From Bacteriovoracia bacterium (GTDB lineage Bacteria; Bdellovibrionota; UBA1018; JBFWNL01), in NCBI GenBank assembly GCA_050251055.1, contig JBFWNL010000003.1, forward strand, positions 311,961 through 375,960: 64,000 bases of DNA, read 5' to 3'. Below the pieces are notes generated by a model. It had not been told where the DNA came from. It worked only from the letters and a program-made list of their open reading frames with translations, and did no database searches. Of this stretch, positions 1 to 11,264 are shown one piece after another. Both the position numbers and the translations under genes were made by a program. Position 1 is the first letter of the stretch. Every line of letters begins with the position of its first letter.

Positions 1-465
1 ACCGCCGGGGTCTGCCAAATTTGGCAAGACATCACCAACAACGTTGGCGATGAACTGGGTGACGCAACCGCGGGCGCGGCGATTCTTTACCAGGGACTCC
101 CAACGGTTGCCGTCACCACCGACGATGGCGCCATCTACACGTACGGGATCTACCAATTCGACGGCGCAAACTGGAATCCTCTGGGGTCCGCATTCACCGC
201 TACCTACACGGCGGCGGTCGCACGACTCGCGACCGACGGGACCTCGCTTTATCTTGGAGTCATGAGCAAGGGAAACCAGGGGCTACAGGTTTACCGCTGG
301 AATGGCTCCACCTGGAAAACCCACGGACCGGCCAGCGCCGGGGATCGATCCATCCGGCAGTTTTCACTGGTCGCGGATGAGACCTTGGGCGTGATCGCCA
401 TCGCCCAACGTGTCGATCCGAACGACGGGGTCGAAGTGATTCGATTGGTCACAGAGCCAGAATAG
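1..465 (+). CDS. 3' part of a beta-propeller-like protein (5'-truncated by the window edge)
   Basis: Frame 1 is open from base 1 to TAG 465 (...GIYQFDGANWNPLG...LQVYRWNGSTWKTHG...). Repeated Y-x-F/W-D/N-G-x-x-W blades. The track ORF 262..465 is only its C-terminus. Confidence 0.65.
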   Translation, partial: TAGVCQIWQDITNNVGDELGDATAGAAILYQGLPTVAVTTDDGAIYTYGIYQFDGANWNPLGSAFTATYTAAVARLATDGTSLYLGVMSKGNQGLQVYRWNGSTWKTHGPASAGDRSIRQFSLVADETLGVIAIAQRVDPNDGVEVIRLVTEPE

Positions 466-479
466 CTGGCACCCCTAAA

Positions 480-3041
480 TTAGTGCTTAATCGGACGCGT
501 GCCCGGCTTTTTCTTGTCCTTGGCCGCTTTTTGCACGATCTCCACCGGCACCGGCATCGCCGTAGGCTGGGCGGTGAACAGGCTACCCAGACCGCGATCC
601 ACCAGAAACTCTTCCGGATGCTCGATATCGAGCGCCAGGCGCAAGACCTGATCAGCATGCTCGACGGGAATGATCTTCATCCCTTCGACGATCTCTTTCG
701 GGATCTTTTTCATGTCCGGCAGGTTGCCCTTCGGGATCAGCACAGTCTTGATGTCGCCGACCTTGGCCGCCAGGAGCTTCTCCTTCAGGCCGCCGATCGG
801 TAACACCCGCCCGCGCAATGTGATTTCGCCGGTCATGGCGACGTCACGCTTCACCGGGATCTTCAGGAGCGCGCTCGTGATCGAGGTCGCCATGGTGATC
901 CCGGCCGAGGGACCGTCCTTCGGCACCGCGCCTTCCGGCACGTGCAGGTGGATGTCGACGTTCTGGTTGAACTCCTTCGAGAGACCCAGCTGTTCCGCAC
1001 GGGAACGAACGTAGCTCATCGCGGTCGAGGCGGACTCCTGCATCACTTCACCGAGTTTGCCCGTGACCTTGATCTGACCCTTACCTGGGACGACGCTGAC
1101 TTCAATCTGCAAAAGATCGCCGCCGGCTTCCGTGTAAGCGAGGCCGTTGACCAGGCCCACTTCGTTTTTGTCCTCGATCTTGCCGTAGGTGAACTTCGGC
1201 GGCCCGAGCATTTCCTCGAGATCCGACTCACTGAGCACGATGCGCTCGATCTTGGCCACCTTGGTGATGACCTTCGCCTTCTTGATGCCCTTTTCTTTTG
1301 CGTCCGCCTTCGCTCCGCTCTGCGCTTCCGCCTGGGCTTCCACCTGCGCCTCGACAATGCGCTTCGCGGCCTTGCGGCAAAGCGTGGCGACCGTGCGTTC
1401 CAGGTTACGCACGCCCGCTTCGCGGGTGTACGTGCGGATGAGCTGCTTAAGCACCTCGTCGGCGACTTCCAAGTTCTCCGACTTCAGGCCGTGCAGCTCC
1501 ATCTGCTTGGGCAGAAGGTACTTGCGGGCGATATTGAACTTCTCGACTTCCGTGTAGCCCGAGATCGTGATGACTTCCATACGATCGAGCAGCGGCTTCG
1601 GAATGCTGTGGAGCGAGTTCGCCGTGAGCACGAACATCACCTTCGAGAGGTCGTAGTCGACTTCGAGGTAGTGATCGCCGAAATTATGGTTCTGCTCCGG
1701 ATCCAAGACTTCGAGCAGGGCCGAGGACGGGTCGCCGCGGAAGTCCATGGACATCTTGTCGACTTCGTCGAGCAGGAAGACCGGGTTCGAGGAACCGGCT
1801 TTCTTCAGCGACTGGATGATCTTTCCAGGCAACGCGCCCACGTAAGTGCGGCGGTGACCGCGGATCTCGGCCTCGTCGCGAACCCCACCGAGCGAGCAGC
1901 GTACGAACTTCTTATTGAGCGACTGCGCGATCGAACGGGCGAGCGAGGTCTTGCCGACGCCCGGAGGGCCGGCGAAGCACAAGATCTGGCCTTTGGAGTT
2001 CTGCGTGAGCGTGCGCACGGCGAGATACTCGATAATGCGCTCTTTTACTTCTTCCAATCCGTAGTGGTCTTCGTCCAAGACCTTTTCCGCGAGCTGGATA
2101 TCGTTGCGGTCCTCGGTGTAGGTCGCCCACGGGATCGTGATCAACCAATCGATATAATTACGCACGACGGTCGCTTCCGCCGACATCGGCGACATCATCT
2201 TGAGCTTCTTGAGCTCGCGATTGGCGCGTTCTTTCGCTTCCTTAGACATGGGCTTGGCGCGGATGGCCTTCTCCAAAGCCATGATCTCGGCCTTGAACTC
2301 GTCCTTTTCGCCCAATTCCTTCTGGATCGCCTGCATCTGCTCGTTGAGGTAGTACTCCTTCTGCGAGCGCTCCATCTGCTTCTTCACGCGGGAGCGGATG
2401 CGGCGCTCGACCTGCAGGATTTCGATCTCGCCTTGCATGAGCTGCAACAGCTTTTCCAGGCGGGTAGCCGGATTGGTGATTTCGAGGATGCCCTGCTTTT
2501 CTTCCAATTTCAGGTTCAGGTGGGCGACGATGATGTCGGCCACGCGGGACGGATCATCGATGCTGTTCACGCTCATGAGCATTTCCGGAGGAATGCGCTT
2601 ATTGAGCTTCACGTAATTTTCGAAGGTGGATTTCAGGGAACGTACGAGCGCCTCCATCTCGACCGTGGTCTCGAGATCGTCTTCGAGCTCCTCGACTTCG
2701 GCCTCGATCATGCGCTCGGTTTCGCGGTACTTCAAAAGCTTCGCGCGCTTCTTGCCTTCGACCAAAACCTTTACGGTGTTATCGGGCAAACGCAAAATTT
2801 GGAGAATCGTGCCCAGGGTGCCGACTTGGAAAATATCGTCCTTCCCCGGGTTCGCCGTCGTGGCTTGCTTCTGCGCCACCAGGAAAAGATCCATCTTGTT
2901 ATTCACGCATTCTTCGAGCGCATTGATGGATTTTTCGCGTCCTACGAAAAGCGGAACCACCATGTGCGGAAAGATGATCACATCTCTCAGCGGCAGCAGC
3001 GGCACGTTCATTTTCTGGGTCTCTTTTTTCTTGTTAGCCAT
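480..3041 (-). CDS. lon: ATP-dependent Lon protease
   Basis: PLLPLRD N-domain, Walker [17 protein letters not shown], catalytic PKDGPSAG and GGLKEK. Confidence 0.99.
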   Translation of the reverse strand: MANKKKETQKMNVPLLPLRDVIIFPHMVVPLFVGREKSINALEECVNNKMDLFLVAQKQATTANPGKDDIFQVGTLGTILQILRLPDNTVKVLVEGKKRAKLLKYRETERMIEAEVEELEDDLETTVEMEALVRSLKSTFENYVKLNKRIPPEMLMSVNSIDDPSRVADIIVAHLNLKLEEKQGILEITNPATRLEKLLQLMQGEIEILQVERRIRSRVKKQMERSQKEYYLNEQMQAIQKELGEKDEFKAEIMALEKAIRAKPMSKEAKERANRELKKLKMMSPMSAEATVVRNYIDWLITIPWATYTEDRNDIQLAEKVLDEDHYGLEEVKERIIEYLAVRTLTQNSKGQILCFAGPPGVGKTSLARSIAQSLNKKFVRCSLGGVRDEAEIRGHRRTYVGALPGKIIQSLKKAGSSNPVFLLDEVDKMSMDFRGDPSSALLEVLDPEQNHNFGDHYLEVDYDLSKVMFVLTANSLHSIPKPLLDRMEVITISGYTEVEKFNIARKYLLPKQMELHGLKSENLEVADEVLKQLIRTYTREAGVRNLERTVATLCRKAAKRIVEAQVEAQAEAQSGAKADAKEKGIKKAKVITKVAKIERIVLSESDLEEMLGPPKFTYGKIEDKNEVGLVNGLAYTEAGGDLLQIEVSVVPGKGQIKVTGKLGEVMQESASTAMSYVRSRAEQLGLSKEFNQNVDIHLHVPEGAVPKDGPSAGITMATSITSALLKIPVKRDVAMTGEITLRGRVLPIGGLKEKLLAAKVGDIKTVLIPKGNLPDMKKIPKEIVEGMKIIPVEHADQVLRLALDIEHPEEFLVDRGLGSLFTAQPTAMPVPVEIVQKAAKDKKKPGTRPIKH

Positions 3042-3249
3042 AGACGTCCCCCCATGAAAATTACAGCATAGGGCCCAAACAGATGCAAAAAATATCTTTT
3101 GACGAGCTGGCTAACCACCGACAACCAAAGGCAGAATTGGCCCAGGCAAAATCTAATTCGCAATCTGATCGCTTGCGTCATAAGGAATCAAAACGGCCCT
3201 ATCTGGGGCCAACCACGGGCTAATTTCGGGTTCGAAAGGTGATTTCCTC

Positions 3250-4065
3250 ATGAAGTCCTGGATCGGGCTCTCGCTAGGCATTTTTTTGGCACTCGCGCGC
3301 CCAGCCGCCGCCTCCACGCTTGAGCTCAAGCCCTCCCCTCACTTCGAGCTCTTCTCGAGCAACCCCGGGGTAAGCACCTATCGCTGCTTCCTTCCCGATG
3401 TCGGGCCTGACGGGCAGTCCTTACTTTTGACTTTCCGAGGCGCCGATAGCGCGCGCGACACCGACCCCGAGTTTTCCAGATTCCGGCCCGGGCTCTACCG
3501 CGTCGCTCGGCTCACCCAGCGCGAAGGCAAGACCAGCGCCATTCAAGGCGAGTACGCCGAGGATACCCGCTTTCTAGCCCTGCTTTGGGTATCGGTTCCA
3601 TTCAAGGCTCCCCAGGAAATCGCGAAGCTGCTCGAAGCCTGCGGGCTGAAAATCTCCCTAGATCGCCAGGACGTCGACGCACCGGCTGGTCCCAAAGATG
3701 CGAGCCCACCCCCAAAAAATATACCCACGACTCCGGTGCCTGATCGTGACCCGCTCGGCCTCCCGCCCGATACTACGCCACTTGAGCGGCGGGATTTTCT
3801 GTTCGGAAACTACTTCTTCCGAATCCAAGGAATGAACAAACGCCAGGCCTGGGAGCATTGCCGAAAAATCTCCTTAGAAGACGCTTGTCGCCATCAGCGC
3901 GCCTGCCATTGGATCCAAGGCGAGTGCGAATTCAAGAACTTAGCCGATTCCGTAGGTATGGATCACTCGAGAATGTGCTGGAGGTTCACTTACCAACAAC
4001 GGCAAGCCGACTGCGAGGCCCTTCCCCACTGCTCCTGGGTCCCGCCCCGCTGCGCGATTCGCTAA
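3250..4065 (+). CDS. Secreted hypothetical protein with two C-terminal Cys-rich repeats
   Basis: Signal peptide MKSWIGLSLGIFLALARPAAA, Pro-rich linker, two C..C-x5-C-x-W-x4-C units. Fills the gap between clpX and lon on the opposite strand. Confidence 0.7.
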   Translation: MKSWIGLSLGIFLALARPAAASTLELKPSPHFELFSSNPGVSTYRCFLPDVGPDGQSLLLTFRGADSARDTDPEFSRFRPGLYRVARLTQREGKTSAIQGEYAEDTRFLALLWVSVPFKAPQEIAKLLEACGLKISLDRQDVDAPAGPKDASPPPKNIPTTPVPDRDPLGLPPDTTPLERRDFLFGNYFFRIQGMNKRQAWEHCRKISLEDACRHQRACHWIQGECEFKNLADSVGMDHSRMCWRFTYQQRQADCEALPHCSWVPPRCAIR

Positions 4066-4071
4066 GAAAAC

Positions 4072-5409
4072 TTAGGCGCTTTCCGCGCTGTCGCCACCGC
4101 CGCGGCCGCCCTGGGCGAGCGCTTTTTCTTTGCCTTCGGCCTTATCCTTCTCGTCGGTCAGTACCAAGATGGGCTTTTCGCCCTTGGTGATGACGTTCTT
4201 GGTGATCACGCACTTCTTCACCTCAGATTTGGCGGGCAGGTCGTACATGATCTCGAGCATGGCCTGCTCGAGGATGGAGCGCAGACCACGGGCGCCGGTG
4301 GCGCGCTTGATGGCCTCCTTTGCCACGGCCTCGAGCGCGTCGGGTTCGAACTCGAGCTGAATGCCGTCGTATTCGAAAAGCTTTCCGTATTGCTTGGAAA
4401 GCGCGTTCCGCGGCTCGGTCAAGATGCGGATCAACGCGGCTTCGTCGAGCTCTTCCAGAGACGCGAACACGGGCAAGCGACCGATGAATTCCGGAATCAA
4501 TCCGAACTTCACCAGATCTTCCGGGCCGACGTCGCCCAAGAGCTGCGAAACATTCTCTTCTTTTTTAGAAGCGATGTTCGCGCCAAAGCCCATGCTGCGG
4601 CGACCCTTACGGTGGGAAACGATCTTATCGAGGCCCACGAAAGCGCCCCCACAGATGAACAGGATGTTGCGGGTATCGACCTGCACGAACTCCTGTTGCG
4701 GATGCTTACGGCCCCCCTTGGGCGGGATGTTCGCCACGGTGCCTTCGATGATCTTCAAGAGCGCCTGCTGCACGCCTTCGCCGCTGACGTCGCGGGTGAT
4801 GGACGGGTTTTCGCCCTTACGAGAAATTTTATCAATTTCGTCGATGTAAACGATCCCGCGTTGCGCGCGCTCGACGTTGTTATCGCAGCTTTGCAGCAGA
4901 TTCAGGATGATGTTCTCGACGTCCTCGCCGACGTAACCCGCCTCGGTCAATGTCGTCGCATCCGCCATCGCGAACGGCACGTTCAGCATCTTGGCCAAGG
5001 TCTGCGCGAGCAGGGTCTTGCCCGAACCCGTAGGCCCCACGAGCAGGATGTTGCTCTTGGTGAGCTCGATCCCGTCCTTGCTGGCTTTCTTGCCATCGTA
5101 ATGCTGGATGCGCTTGTAGTGGTTGTACACGGCGACCGCGAGCGTGCGCTTGGCGCGCTCCTGGCCGATCACGTACTCGTCGAGATAGGATTTGATCTCG
5201 GCGGGCTTGGGAAGTTTCTTGTCGCCGAACGTGGTGTTCGGGGTTTCCTGTTGGCCTTCTTCGGCGATGATGTCGTTACAAAGCTCGATGCATTCATCGC
5301 AGATGTAAACGGAAAGCCCCGCGATGAGTTTCTTTACTTCGCGCTGGTTTTTCCCGCAAAAGGAACAACAGAGATTGCCGAATCCGTCGCCGAATTTTTT
5401 GCCGTCCAT
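4072..5409 (-). CDS. clpX: ATP-dependent Clp protease ATP-binding subunit ClpX
   Basis: CSFCGK...ICDEC zinc finger, [33 protein letters not shown] loop. Confidence 0.99.
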   Translation of the reverse strand: MDGKKFGDGFGNLCCSFCGKNQREVKKLIAGLSVYICDECIELCNDIIAEEGQQETPNTTFGDKKLPKPAEIKSYLDEYVIGQERAKRTLAVAVYNHYKRIQHYDGKKASKDGIELTKSNILLVGPTGSGKTLLAQTLAKMLNVPFAMADATTLTEAGYVGEDVENIILNLLQSCDNNVERAQRGIVYIDEIDKISRKGENPSITRDVSGEGVQQALLKIIEGTVANIPPKGGRKHPQQEFVQVDTRNILFICGGAFVGLDKIVSHRKGRRSMGFGANIASKKEENVSQLLGDVGPEDLVKFGLIPEFIGRLPVFASLEELDEAALIRILTEPRNALSKQYGKLFEYDGIQLEFEPDALEAVAKEAIKRATGARGLRSILEQAMLEIMYDLPAKSEVKKCVITKNVITKGEKPILVLTDEKDKAEGKEKALAQGGRGGGDSAESA

Positions 5410-6062
5410 TAAGTCTGTTCCCTTCTTTCCATGACCTTGTCGATCAAGCCGTACTTCGCTGCCGCTTCCGCGGAAAGATAGTTGTCGCGATCCGTGTCCC
5501 GGCGGATCTCATCCATGCTACGCTTCGTGTGATGCGCCATGATCTGATTCAGCCGCTCCTTCAGGTACAAAATTTCCTTCGCCTGGATCTCGATATCCGA
5601 GGCCTGCCCGCGGGCGCCGCCCAAGGGTTGGTGAATCATGATGCGGCTGTTCGGAAGCGCATAACGATGCCCCGCTTCCCCGGCCGTCAGCAGCAAAGCT
5701 CCCATACTCGCAGCTAATCCAATGCAATAGGTGTGCACGGGGGCCTTTACGAACTGCATCACGTCATAAATTCCCAAGCCCGCGGTCACCGAACCCCCCG
5801 GGGAGTTGATATAGAAATGAATCGGCTTATCCGGCTCGCTGGATTCGAGGAAGAACATTTGGGCGATGAGCAAATTCGCGACCACGTCGTTCACTTCCGT
5901 GCCCAAGAACACAATGCGATCGAGAAGCAGGCGCGAGTAAATGTCGTATTGACGCTCACCACGCGGGGTTTGTTCGATGACGACCGGATTCGGAATATAG
6001 CCCACGACATCGGGCCTCACTAATTCGGCGGGAACTGCATTCTTAGATGATCGGATCAACAT
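5409..6062 (-). CDS. clpP: Clp protease proteolytic subunit ClpP
   Basis: [45 protein letters not shown] overlap with clpX. Confidence 0.99.
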   Translation of the reverse strand: MLIRSSKNAVPAELVRPDVVGYIPNPVVIEQTPRGERQYDIYSRLLLDRIVFLGTEVNDVVANLLIAQMFFLESSEPDKPIHFYINSPGGSVTAGLGIYDVMQFVKAPVHTYCIGLAASMGALLLTAGEAGHRYALPNSRIMIHQPLGGARGQASDIEIQAKEILYLKERLNQIMAHHTKRSMDEIRRDTDRDNYLSAEAAAKYGLIDKVMERREQT

Positions 6063-6246
6063 ACGCGCCTCCCAGGTTCAAACCCACACCCACATTCGTT
6101 AGTATACACACTCTTCGGGTTTGTAACTCCGCAGAATAAGTGATTTTCACCCAGTTTTCGTGGGTCTTTTTGTACACGTGAGCGCCCGTCTTCTGACGGG
6201 GCGATGGCGGGGGTATACCAAAAAAATCCCCATTCCCCAAACGGGG

Positions 6247-6603
6247 CTAGTGGCGGGTGACGTTTTTCCCTGAGTTCTTGAGGGGTTTAATGCCGATTGG
6301 GGTCGGTTGAGTGAACTGCTTTTCTTCGACCACGGATTCAGCCGATTCCGCAGTCAAATTTTCGTCGGCGGAAAGCGATTCATTCAAGGATTCGAGATAG
6401 GACAACATTGCTACGCGCAACTCTTCCAACGTGAGCTCACGATCGGACTGATATCCTGTATCGTGCAAGATTTTGTTGAGCTCACCGACTACCGCATCCT
6501 TGGGTAAGCCGCTGGCCGCAACCAAAGTTTCGAGCAAGGCTTCGCCTTCCTCGTGCTCCGGCTGGTTATTTTCTGCTGCGAATTTTGGTGGCGAAGAATC
6601 CAT
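6247..6603 (-). CDS. Small acidic hypothetical protein
   Basis: 118-aa ORF with GGGGGA RBS; helical core (LTLEELRVAMLSYLES). Confidence 0.6.
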   Translation of the reverse strand: MDSSPPKFAAENNQPEHEEGEALLETLVAASGLPKDAVVGELNKILHDTGYQSDRELTLEELRVAMLSYLESLNESLSADENLTAESAESVVEEKQFTQPTPIGIKPLKNSGKNVTRH

Positions 6604-6740
6604 TCTTTTTCCCCCGACTGGTTCAAAGTATAGAAGCGGCTTTTTCCGACATGCAAGGTTTGTTTTTATCTGGGAAGAAAATATTAGTTGATTAAAAATA
6701 CCAGTTATTTCGTCAACTCTTTGGCCTTACCATTTAAGAG

Positions 6741-7241
6741 ATGAAACCCAAATCGAAACTCCTTCCCCGTACCCCCAGTGAATCCTCCGTCATTATGACG
6801 GAACTCGTGCTCCCATCGCACGCAAACGTTTTAGGCAGCATCTTCGGCGGCACGATCATGGCCTGGATCGACATCGCGGCGGCCATCGCCGCCGGCAAAC
6901 ACGCACGCAGCACCGTGGTCACGGCATCGATTGACGCCCTTCATTTCATCGCGCCCGTCCGGCTAGGCCAGGTGGTCCACATCCACGCGACGGTAAACCG
7001 GGCCTTCCGCACATCGATGGAAGTCGGCGTACGCGTGGACGCGGAAGACCAGATCACCGGTGAAGTCACCCACACCGTCACGGCCTACACGACCTTCGTC
7101 GCGCTCGACGAAAACCGAAAACCGCGCGAAGTACCGCCTCTCGAACCGCAATCGCCCGAGGAGATCCGCCGCTACGAAGAAGCGCTGAAGCGCAAAAACT
7201 CGCGCGTGGCCTTAGCCGGGGAACTAAAAGGAAAGAAATAG
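6741..7241 (+). CDS. Acyl-CoA thioesterase (hotdog fold, YciA-like)
   Basis: VLPSHANVLGSIFGG..MAWID, VTASID, RTSMEVGV. Confidence 0.93.
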   Translation: MKPKSKLLPRTPSESSVIMTELVLPSHANVLGSIFGGTIMAWIDIAAAIAAGKHARSTVVTASIDALHFIAPVRLGQVVHIHATVNRAFRTSMEVGVRVDAEDQITGEVTHTVTAYTTFVALDENRKPREVPPLEPQSPEEIRRYEEALKRKNSRVALAGELKGKK

Positions 7242-7247
7242 ACGTAA

Positions 7248-8108
7248 CTAGTAGTGGCCGGGCTGTTTGCTTAGCCGCGAGCGCACTTCCCAAAGCTGCG
7301 GAAAGCACTTCTTAACGGTCTGGCTGCGCAGATAATTCACGCCGGCGGATCCGCCCGTGCCCATCTTAAATCCAATAATGCGCTCCACCACGCGCACATG
7401 GTGCTCGCGCCAAAGCGATAAGTACTCATCGAATTCTACGAGCGCTTCGCAGAGCAGGTAGATGGGGAGCATGTTGTCCGGCTCGGAATAAATCTTCGTC
7501 AGGGCGACCATCACTTTCTCATGATCCGCCTCCGACATCGGATCCACCGCCTGGGCCGCCGTGCCCACATCAAAGCCCTGCTTGCCAAGCGTCGTAAAGA
7601 AGGAGTGGCGCAGATCCGGCTCGGCCATTCGTTGCTTGAGGCGCGCCAGGTATTCCGGCTGGTTTTGAAAGGACTTGAAGTAGTTTTCATTCTTCATCCC
7701 CGCCAAGAACTCGATCTCGCGGTATTGGATGGACTGAAAGCCGCTTGCGGGGCCCAAGGAATCGCGGAACTCGAGGAACTCGAGCGGCGTCATGGTCTCT
7801 AAAATATGGATCTGCGGCACGAGCAAGCGCAGGATCTCGACCACGCGCTTCACGAAGTGATGCGCGCGCAAGACCTTCCCCTCGTTCATGTAGCGGATGC
7901 TGTTCTCCATCTCGTGCAGCACGAGTTTGAACCAAAGCTCGTACGTTTGATGGATGACAATAAAGAGCATCTCGTCATGGTGCGCCGGTTTGGAGAGCGG
8001 CTGCTGGAGTGCCAGCAAATCTGGAACCTTCAGGTACGCGTTGTACGTGAGGTCATTCTTACCCAAGGTTTTTGGTGCGGCGTCGGAAGACTGCGGAGGC
8101 TGTGCCAT
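7248..8108 (-). CDS. kynA: Tryptophan 2,3-dioxygenase
   Basis: HDEMLFIVIHQTYELWFK, ASGFQSIQYREIEF, ERIIGFKMGTGGSAGVNYL. Confidence 0.95.
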   Translation of the reverse strand: MAQPPQSSDAAPKTLGKNDLTYNAYLKVPDLLALQQPLSKPAHHDEMLFIVIHQTYELWFKLVLHEMENSIRYMNEGKVLRAHHFVKRVVEILRLLVPQIHILETMTPLEFLEFRDSLGPASGFQSIQYREIEFLAGMKNENYFKSFQNQPEYLARLKQRMAEPDLRHSFFTTLGKQGFDVGTAAQAVDPMSEADHEKVMVALTKIYSEPDNMLPIYLLCEALVEFDEYLSLWREHHVRVVERIIGFKMGTGGSAGVNYLRSQTVKKCFPQLWEVRSRLSKQPGHY

Positions 8109-8179
8109 AAGCCCGTTATGCCATAGCCCAGATAAAAAAGGAGGGTGGAAAAGGGGGGATTCGTTGATAGGGTTGGGGC

Positions 8180-8653
8180 ATGGCTTCTTCAGGAAAACCT
8201 TCGGAAAACGCCCCTTTTTTTGTCGATAACGAGCGTATCGTGCTCAATCGCGACGGCGTCTGGCTGGCCGATGGTACCGAGATCACCCACGAGGGAACGC
8301 GCCGGCTCTTCGCGCGCAGCCTGCGACTGGAGCCGGACGGCTGGTGGCTGATCGTGGGCCGGGAGCGAAAGCAGATCGAGGTGGCCGACACCCCCTACTT
8401 CGTCGAGCGCATCGAGGGAGCGCCCGAACGCGGGTACGTGCTTTTCCTTAACGACGAAACCTCCGAGCCGCTCGACCCCGCGTCGCTGGCCTACAAACCC
8501 GGACGCCTCAGCTGCCGGGCCAAAGGGGAATTCACCGCGAAATTTTTGCGCGCGCCTTATTTCGATCTACTGAAGCACCTGCAAGAAGACGATCATCACT
8601 ATTACCTAACGCTGCAGAACCGACGCTTCGAGCTCGCCCGAAAACCCACCTAA
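8180..8653 (+). CDS. DUF1285-like protein
   Basis: I.LNRDGVWLADGTEITH...IEVADTPYFV pattern typical of DUF1285. Confidence 0.65.
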   Translation: MASSGKPSENAPFFVDNERIVLNRDGVWLADGTEITHEGTRRLFARSLRLEPDGWWLIVGRERKQIEVADTPYFVERIEGAPERGYVLFLNDETSEPLDPASLAYKPGRLSCRAKGEFTAKFLRAPYFDLLKHLQEDDHHYYLTLQNRRFELARKPT

Positions 8654-8657
8654 GCCA

Positions 8658-11237
8658 TCACTGGGCCGGACCTAAGTCGACCAGGTCGACCTCCGTGCCC
8701 CGGGCGTCGCGCAGCGCTCCCCGCAGCCGACGCTGGCCGTTCAGCTCAACCCACTCAAATTCGACGAAGTAGTCCTGACCGCTAGCAGCCCACCGATCCC
8801 GCTCGCGAAGCAGCGCCTCTACCTTGGGCCAATAATTTTCAAGCGGCAGCGGCCGAGTGGGGTCGACGATTCTTGCGTGCTGGGCCGAGGCCGTACGGGA
8901 CAGCCAATCTGCCCCCCGAACTTGGGAAGTATTGAAGTCCAGGGACGCAATCCGGCTTTGCCATTCCGGGCGGGATGCGCCTGCCGTCAAAGCAAAACGG
9001 CGATCCGCGACTCCGTAGCTGATCCGTGGGGTGATATCCTCGGTGCGTACTCGATGGCGAGGGATCCCAATCACTTTGAGACGAAGGTAAAGCGCAGGAT
9101 CGATCCGCCCCCCCGGCGTCACCAGGGCCACTTGCGTACTGCTCAGATCGGCGCCGGCTCGTTTCATTCGCTCTAAAAAAGCCACCGTCGACTCCGGCGG
9201 CGGCAAGTAGTGGCCGCTCATGTTGCTGATAAAAGCCAGCCGGCCGTGGTCCAACTCCAAGGCGCCGCCGGTTTGCATCGGCCAACCACGCGTTAAGCTG
9301 CTGTGATGAAGGTGGCCCACTTCCGCGTGTTCGTGTTGGATGATTTTCCCACGCCAATCCACCACGAAGATCCCCGCCCGGGTTCCTTCCGGCGGGAGTC
9401 CGTCGGATACACGCACGAATCTCCCATCGCTGGCCAAGCGCACTTCCGCGGCAGCACGCTGGGCATCGGTCAATCTCTCCACCTGGAGGGATCCATACAC
9501 CAACGACTGGCCCTCAAATTCCCCTCGATACCCCTCGCGCATCTGAAAGAGGGCGATCGGCCCGCCTCCGCGGCGTTGGAAATCCACGGTTCGCGACCGA
9601 GACGCCGGCGGATCGAGCGGCACCACGGACGCTTCGGCGAGCTCTTCGGCGGTGAAGCTCGGAACGGCGGCGGGCCCCCCCGGAGTCGGTACCGTCGCCG
9701 CGGGCGCGGCGCCCGCAGGACGCTCCGCAATGGGTTCCACCGGCGAAGATCGGAGGTGCACGCCCGTCTCGCTCGACTCAGAGATCGCGCTCCGCGCTGC
9801 GTGGCTAACGCCGGCTTCTAGGATTTGATGCACGTCATTCGCGCTCGTGCTCAGCGCCTGGTCGACCGCGATTTCGGTCGCATGCACGGCCACGCGCCCG
9901 GCCCCCGCCGGCAGAGCCGCCCGCGCCGCCTGGAGCCCCCGCGTGGCCGAGCTCGCCGTCGCCGTTTGCACGATCAAAGCTCCGGCTTCGGTATAAATCC
10001 CTTCCTGTAGCGCCGCCGGATCTTCGTCCAGCATGCGATCAAAGGAATCTACCGTGCTACGAAAAAGACCCAGTGCCGATTCCTGTGCGAGCTCGGATTC
10101 CACGCGACGGCGACACCCCACCAGGTCGCGCGACTCCCGCACGCATTCGAAATATCGGGTGAATGCATTCCCCAGCGTGTTCCGCACGGCCGTGGGCATA
10201 TCGGCAATCTGGCGGAGATTACGCCAAAGCGCGGCCGGAGTATGGATCAACGCCTTCCGCACGGCGACCGGCAGGTGATACACGCGTGCCGCGTACTCGG
10301 AACCAATCTGCGCCGTGAGAAAATCCGCGAAGAGATCACCTTCGAAGCGCAGCCGATCGGGATTCCAACCGCGTCGGCCTCCCACTTCCACCAGCCTCTC
10401 GGCGACGTCGCCGCCCCAGGCGGCGCACGACTTCCATTCGTCGCCCAGCTCGACGGCGAGCCAGCCTCGCCCGCCGATACGCGTATCGCCCAGGTCGATT
10501 TTTAACCCGCCCACGGACTCTTCGCCCAAAGCGAGCATCGCCAGCTGCGCGTCGCTCATCCCGAATTCTAAAGCCACCCGGCGCGAATGCTCTTCGATCT
10601 CGGCGCCCCCTTTAAAGTAAGCGCGGTCCGGCCAGCCATCGGCGTCGGTGTCGATCGCGAAGGCGACCTCTTGAAAACGGCGGCCCCCTTGGGGTCGGGA
10701 CAGGATCCAAATCGGATACTCACTCGCCGCACTTCGCGTCGAGTTCCGCCAGCCGGCGGCGTACTGTCCGAGCCGCAAACCCCGCGGCGCATCCGAGCGC
10801 CAGCTCGTGCGGTGGCGCGCGCGGGTCCATGCCTCGTCGCGCCCTTCTAGGATGTGCGGCCGGGGTTCCGGAGGATCCAGATGCGGGCACTGCGATGGGC
10901 GCATAGGCGCCGCAAAACTAACCACGAAAGTGGCGCCGAGATTCAGATTACCCACCGAGCCGCAACCGTCGGGGGCGGAAAGCCCCAACGACAGCGTCTC
11001 ATTCCCTTGCACGACGGAACCGACGACATCTTGCCAACTCGGGGTTTCGGGGATCGGGACGATGCCCCGCGCGGCGGGCTCGGCCGTAACCAGGTAAGGC
11101 CGTGGGGACGCGGGCAAGGCGGGGGGACGCGACTCCAAATGCGCAGACCCATTGGTAACGATCCCCGCCTCCGCGGCCCAAGCCGCGAGTACGAGTCCTA
11201 CGCACCCGCTAAAGATCGCAATTCCTCTTCCCCTCAT
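8658..11237 (-). CDS. Large secreted protein with an HSS...SGHY putative toxin/nuclease domain
   Basis: Signal peptide, DTDADGWPD Ca-loop-like motif, helical Ala-rich middle, Pro/Ala linker, then HHSSLTRG..QTGG.LEL.HG.L..ISNMSGHYLP. Confidence 0.7.
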   Translation of the reverse strand: MRGRGIAIFSGCVGLVLAAWAAEAGIVTNGSAHLESRPPALPASPRPYLVTAEPAARGIVPIPETPSWQDVVGSVVQGNETLSLGLSAPDGCGSVGNLNLGATFVVSFAAPMRPSQCPHLDPPEPRPHILEGRDEAWTRARHRTSWRSDAPRGLRLGQYAAGWRNSTRSAASEYPIWILSRPQGGRRFQEVAFAIDTDADGWPDRAYFKGGAEIEEHSRRVALEFGMSDAQLAMLALGEESVGGLKIDLGDTRIGGRGWLAVELGDEWKSCAAWGGDVAERLVEVGGRRGWNPDRLRFEGDLFADFLTAQIGSEYAARVYHLPVAVRKALIHTPAALWRNLRQIADMPTAVRNTLGNAFTRYFECVRESRDLVGCRRRVESELAQESALGLFRSTVDSFDRMLDEDPAALQEGIYTEAGALIVQTATASSATRGLQAARAALPAGAGRVAVHATEIAVDQALSTSANDVHQILEAGVSHAARSAISESSETGVHLRSSPVEPIAERPAGAAPAATVPTPGGPAAVPSFTAEELAEASVVPLDPPASRSRTVDFQRRGGGPIALFQMREGYRGEFEGQSLVYGSLQVERLTDAQRAAAEVRLASDGRFVRVSDGLPPEGTRAGIFVVDWRGKIIQHEHAEVGHLHHSSLTRGWPMQTGGALELDHGRLAFISNMSGHYLPPPESTVAFLERMKRAGADLSSTQVALVTPGGRIDPALYLRLKVIGIPRHRVRTEDITPRISYGVADRRFALTAGASRPEWQSRIASLDFNTSQVRGADWLSRTASAQHARIVDPTRPLPLENYWPKVEALLRERDRWAASGQDYFVEFEWVELNGQRRLRGALRDARGTEVDLVDLGPAQ

Positions 11238-11264
11238 TCCAAAAGTTTAGAAGTAATTTCCGAC

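Noticed and set aside
942-3071. 709-aa plus-strand ORF and similar long antisense ORFs (4390..5412, 17848..18807, 26580..27794, 35365..36405, 57338..58570, 62234..63268)
   Set aside because: They mirror well-supported genes on the opposite strand and have no motifs; expected from codon bias in GC-rich DNA.
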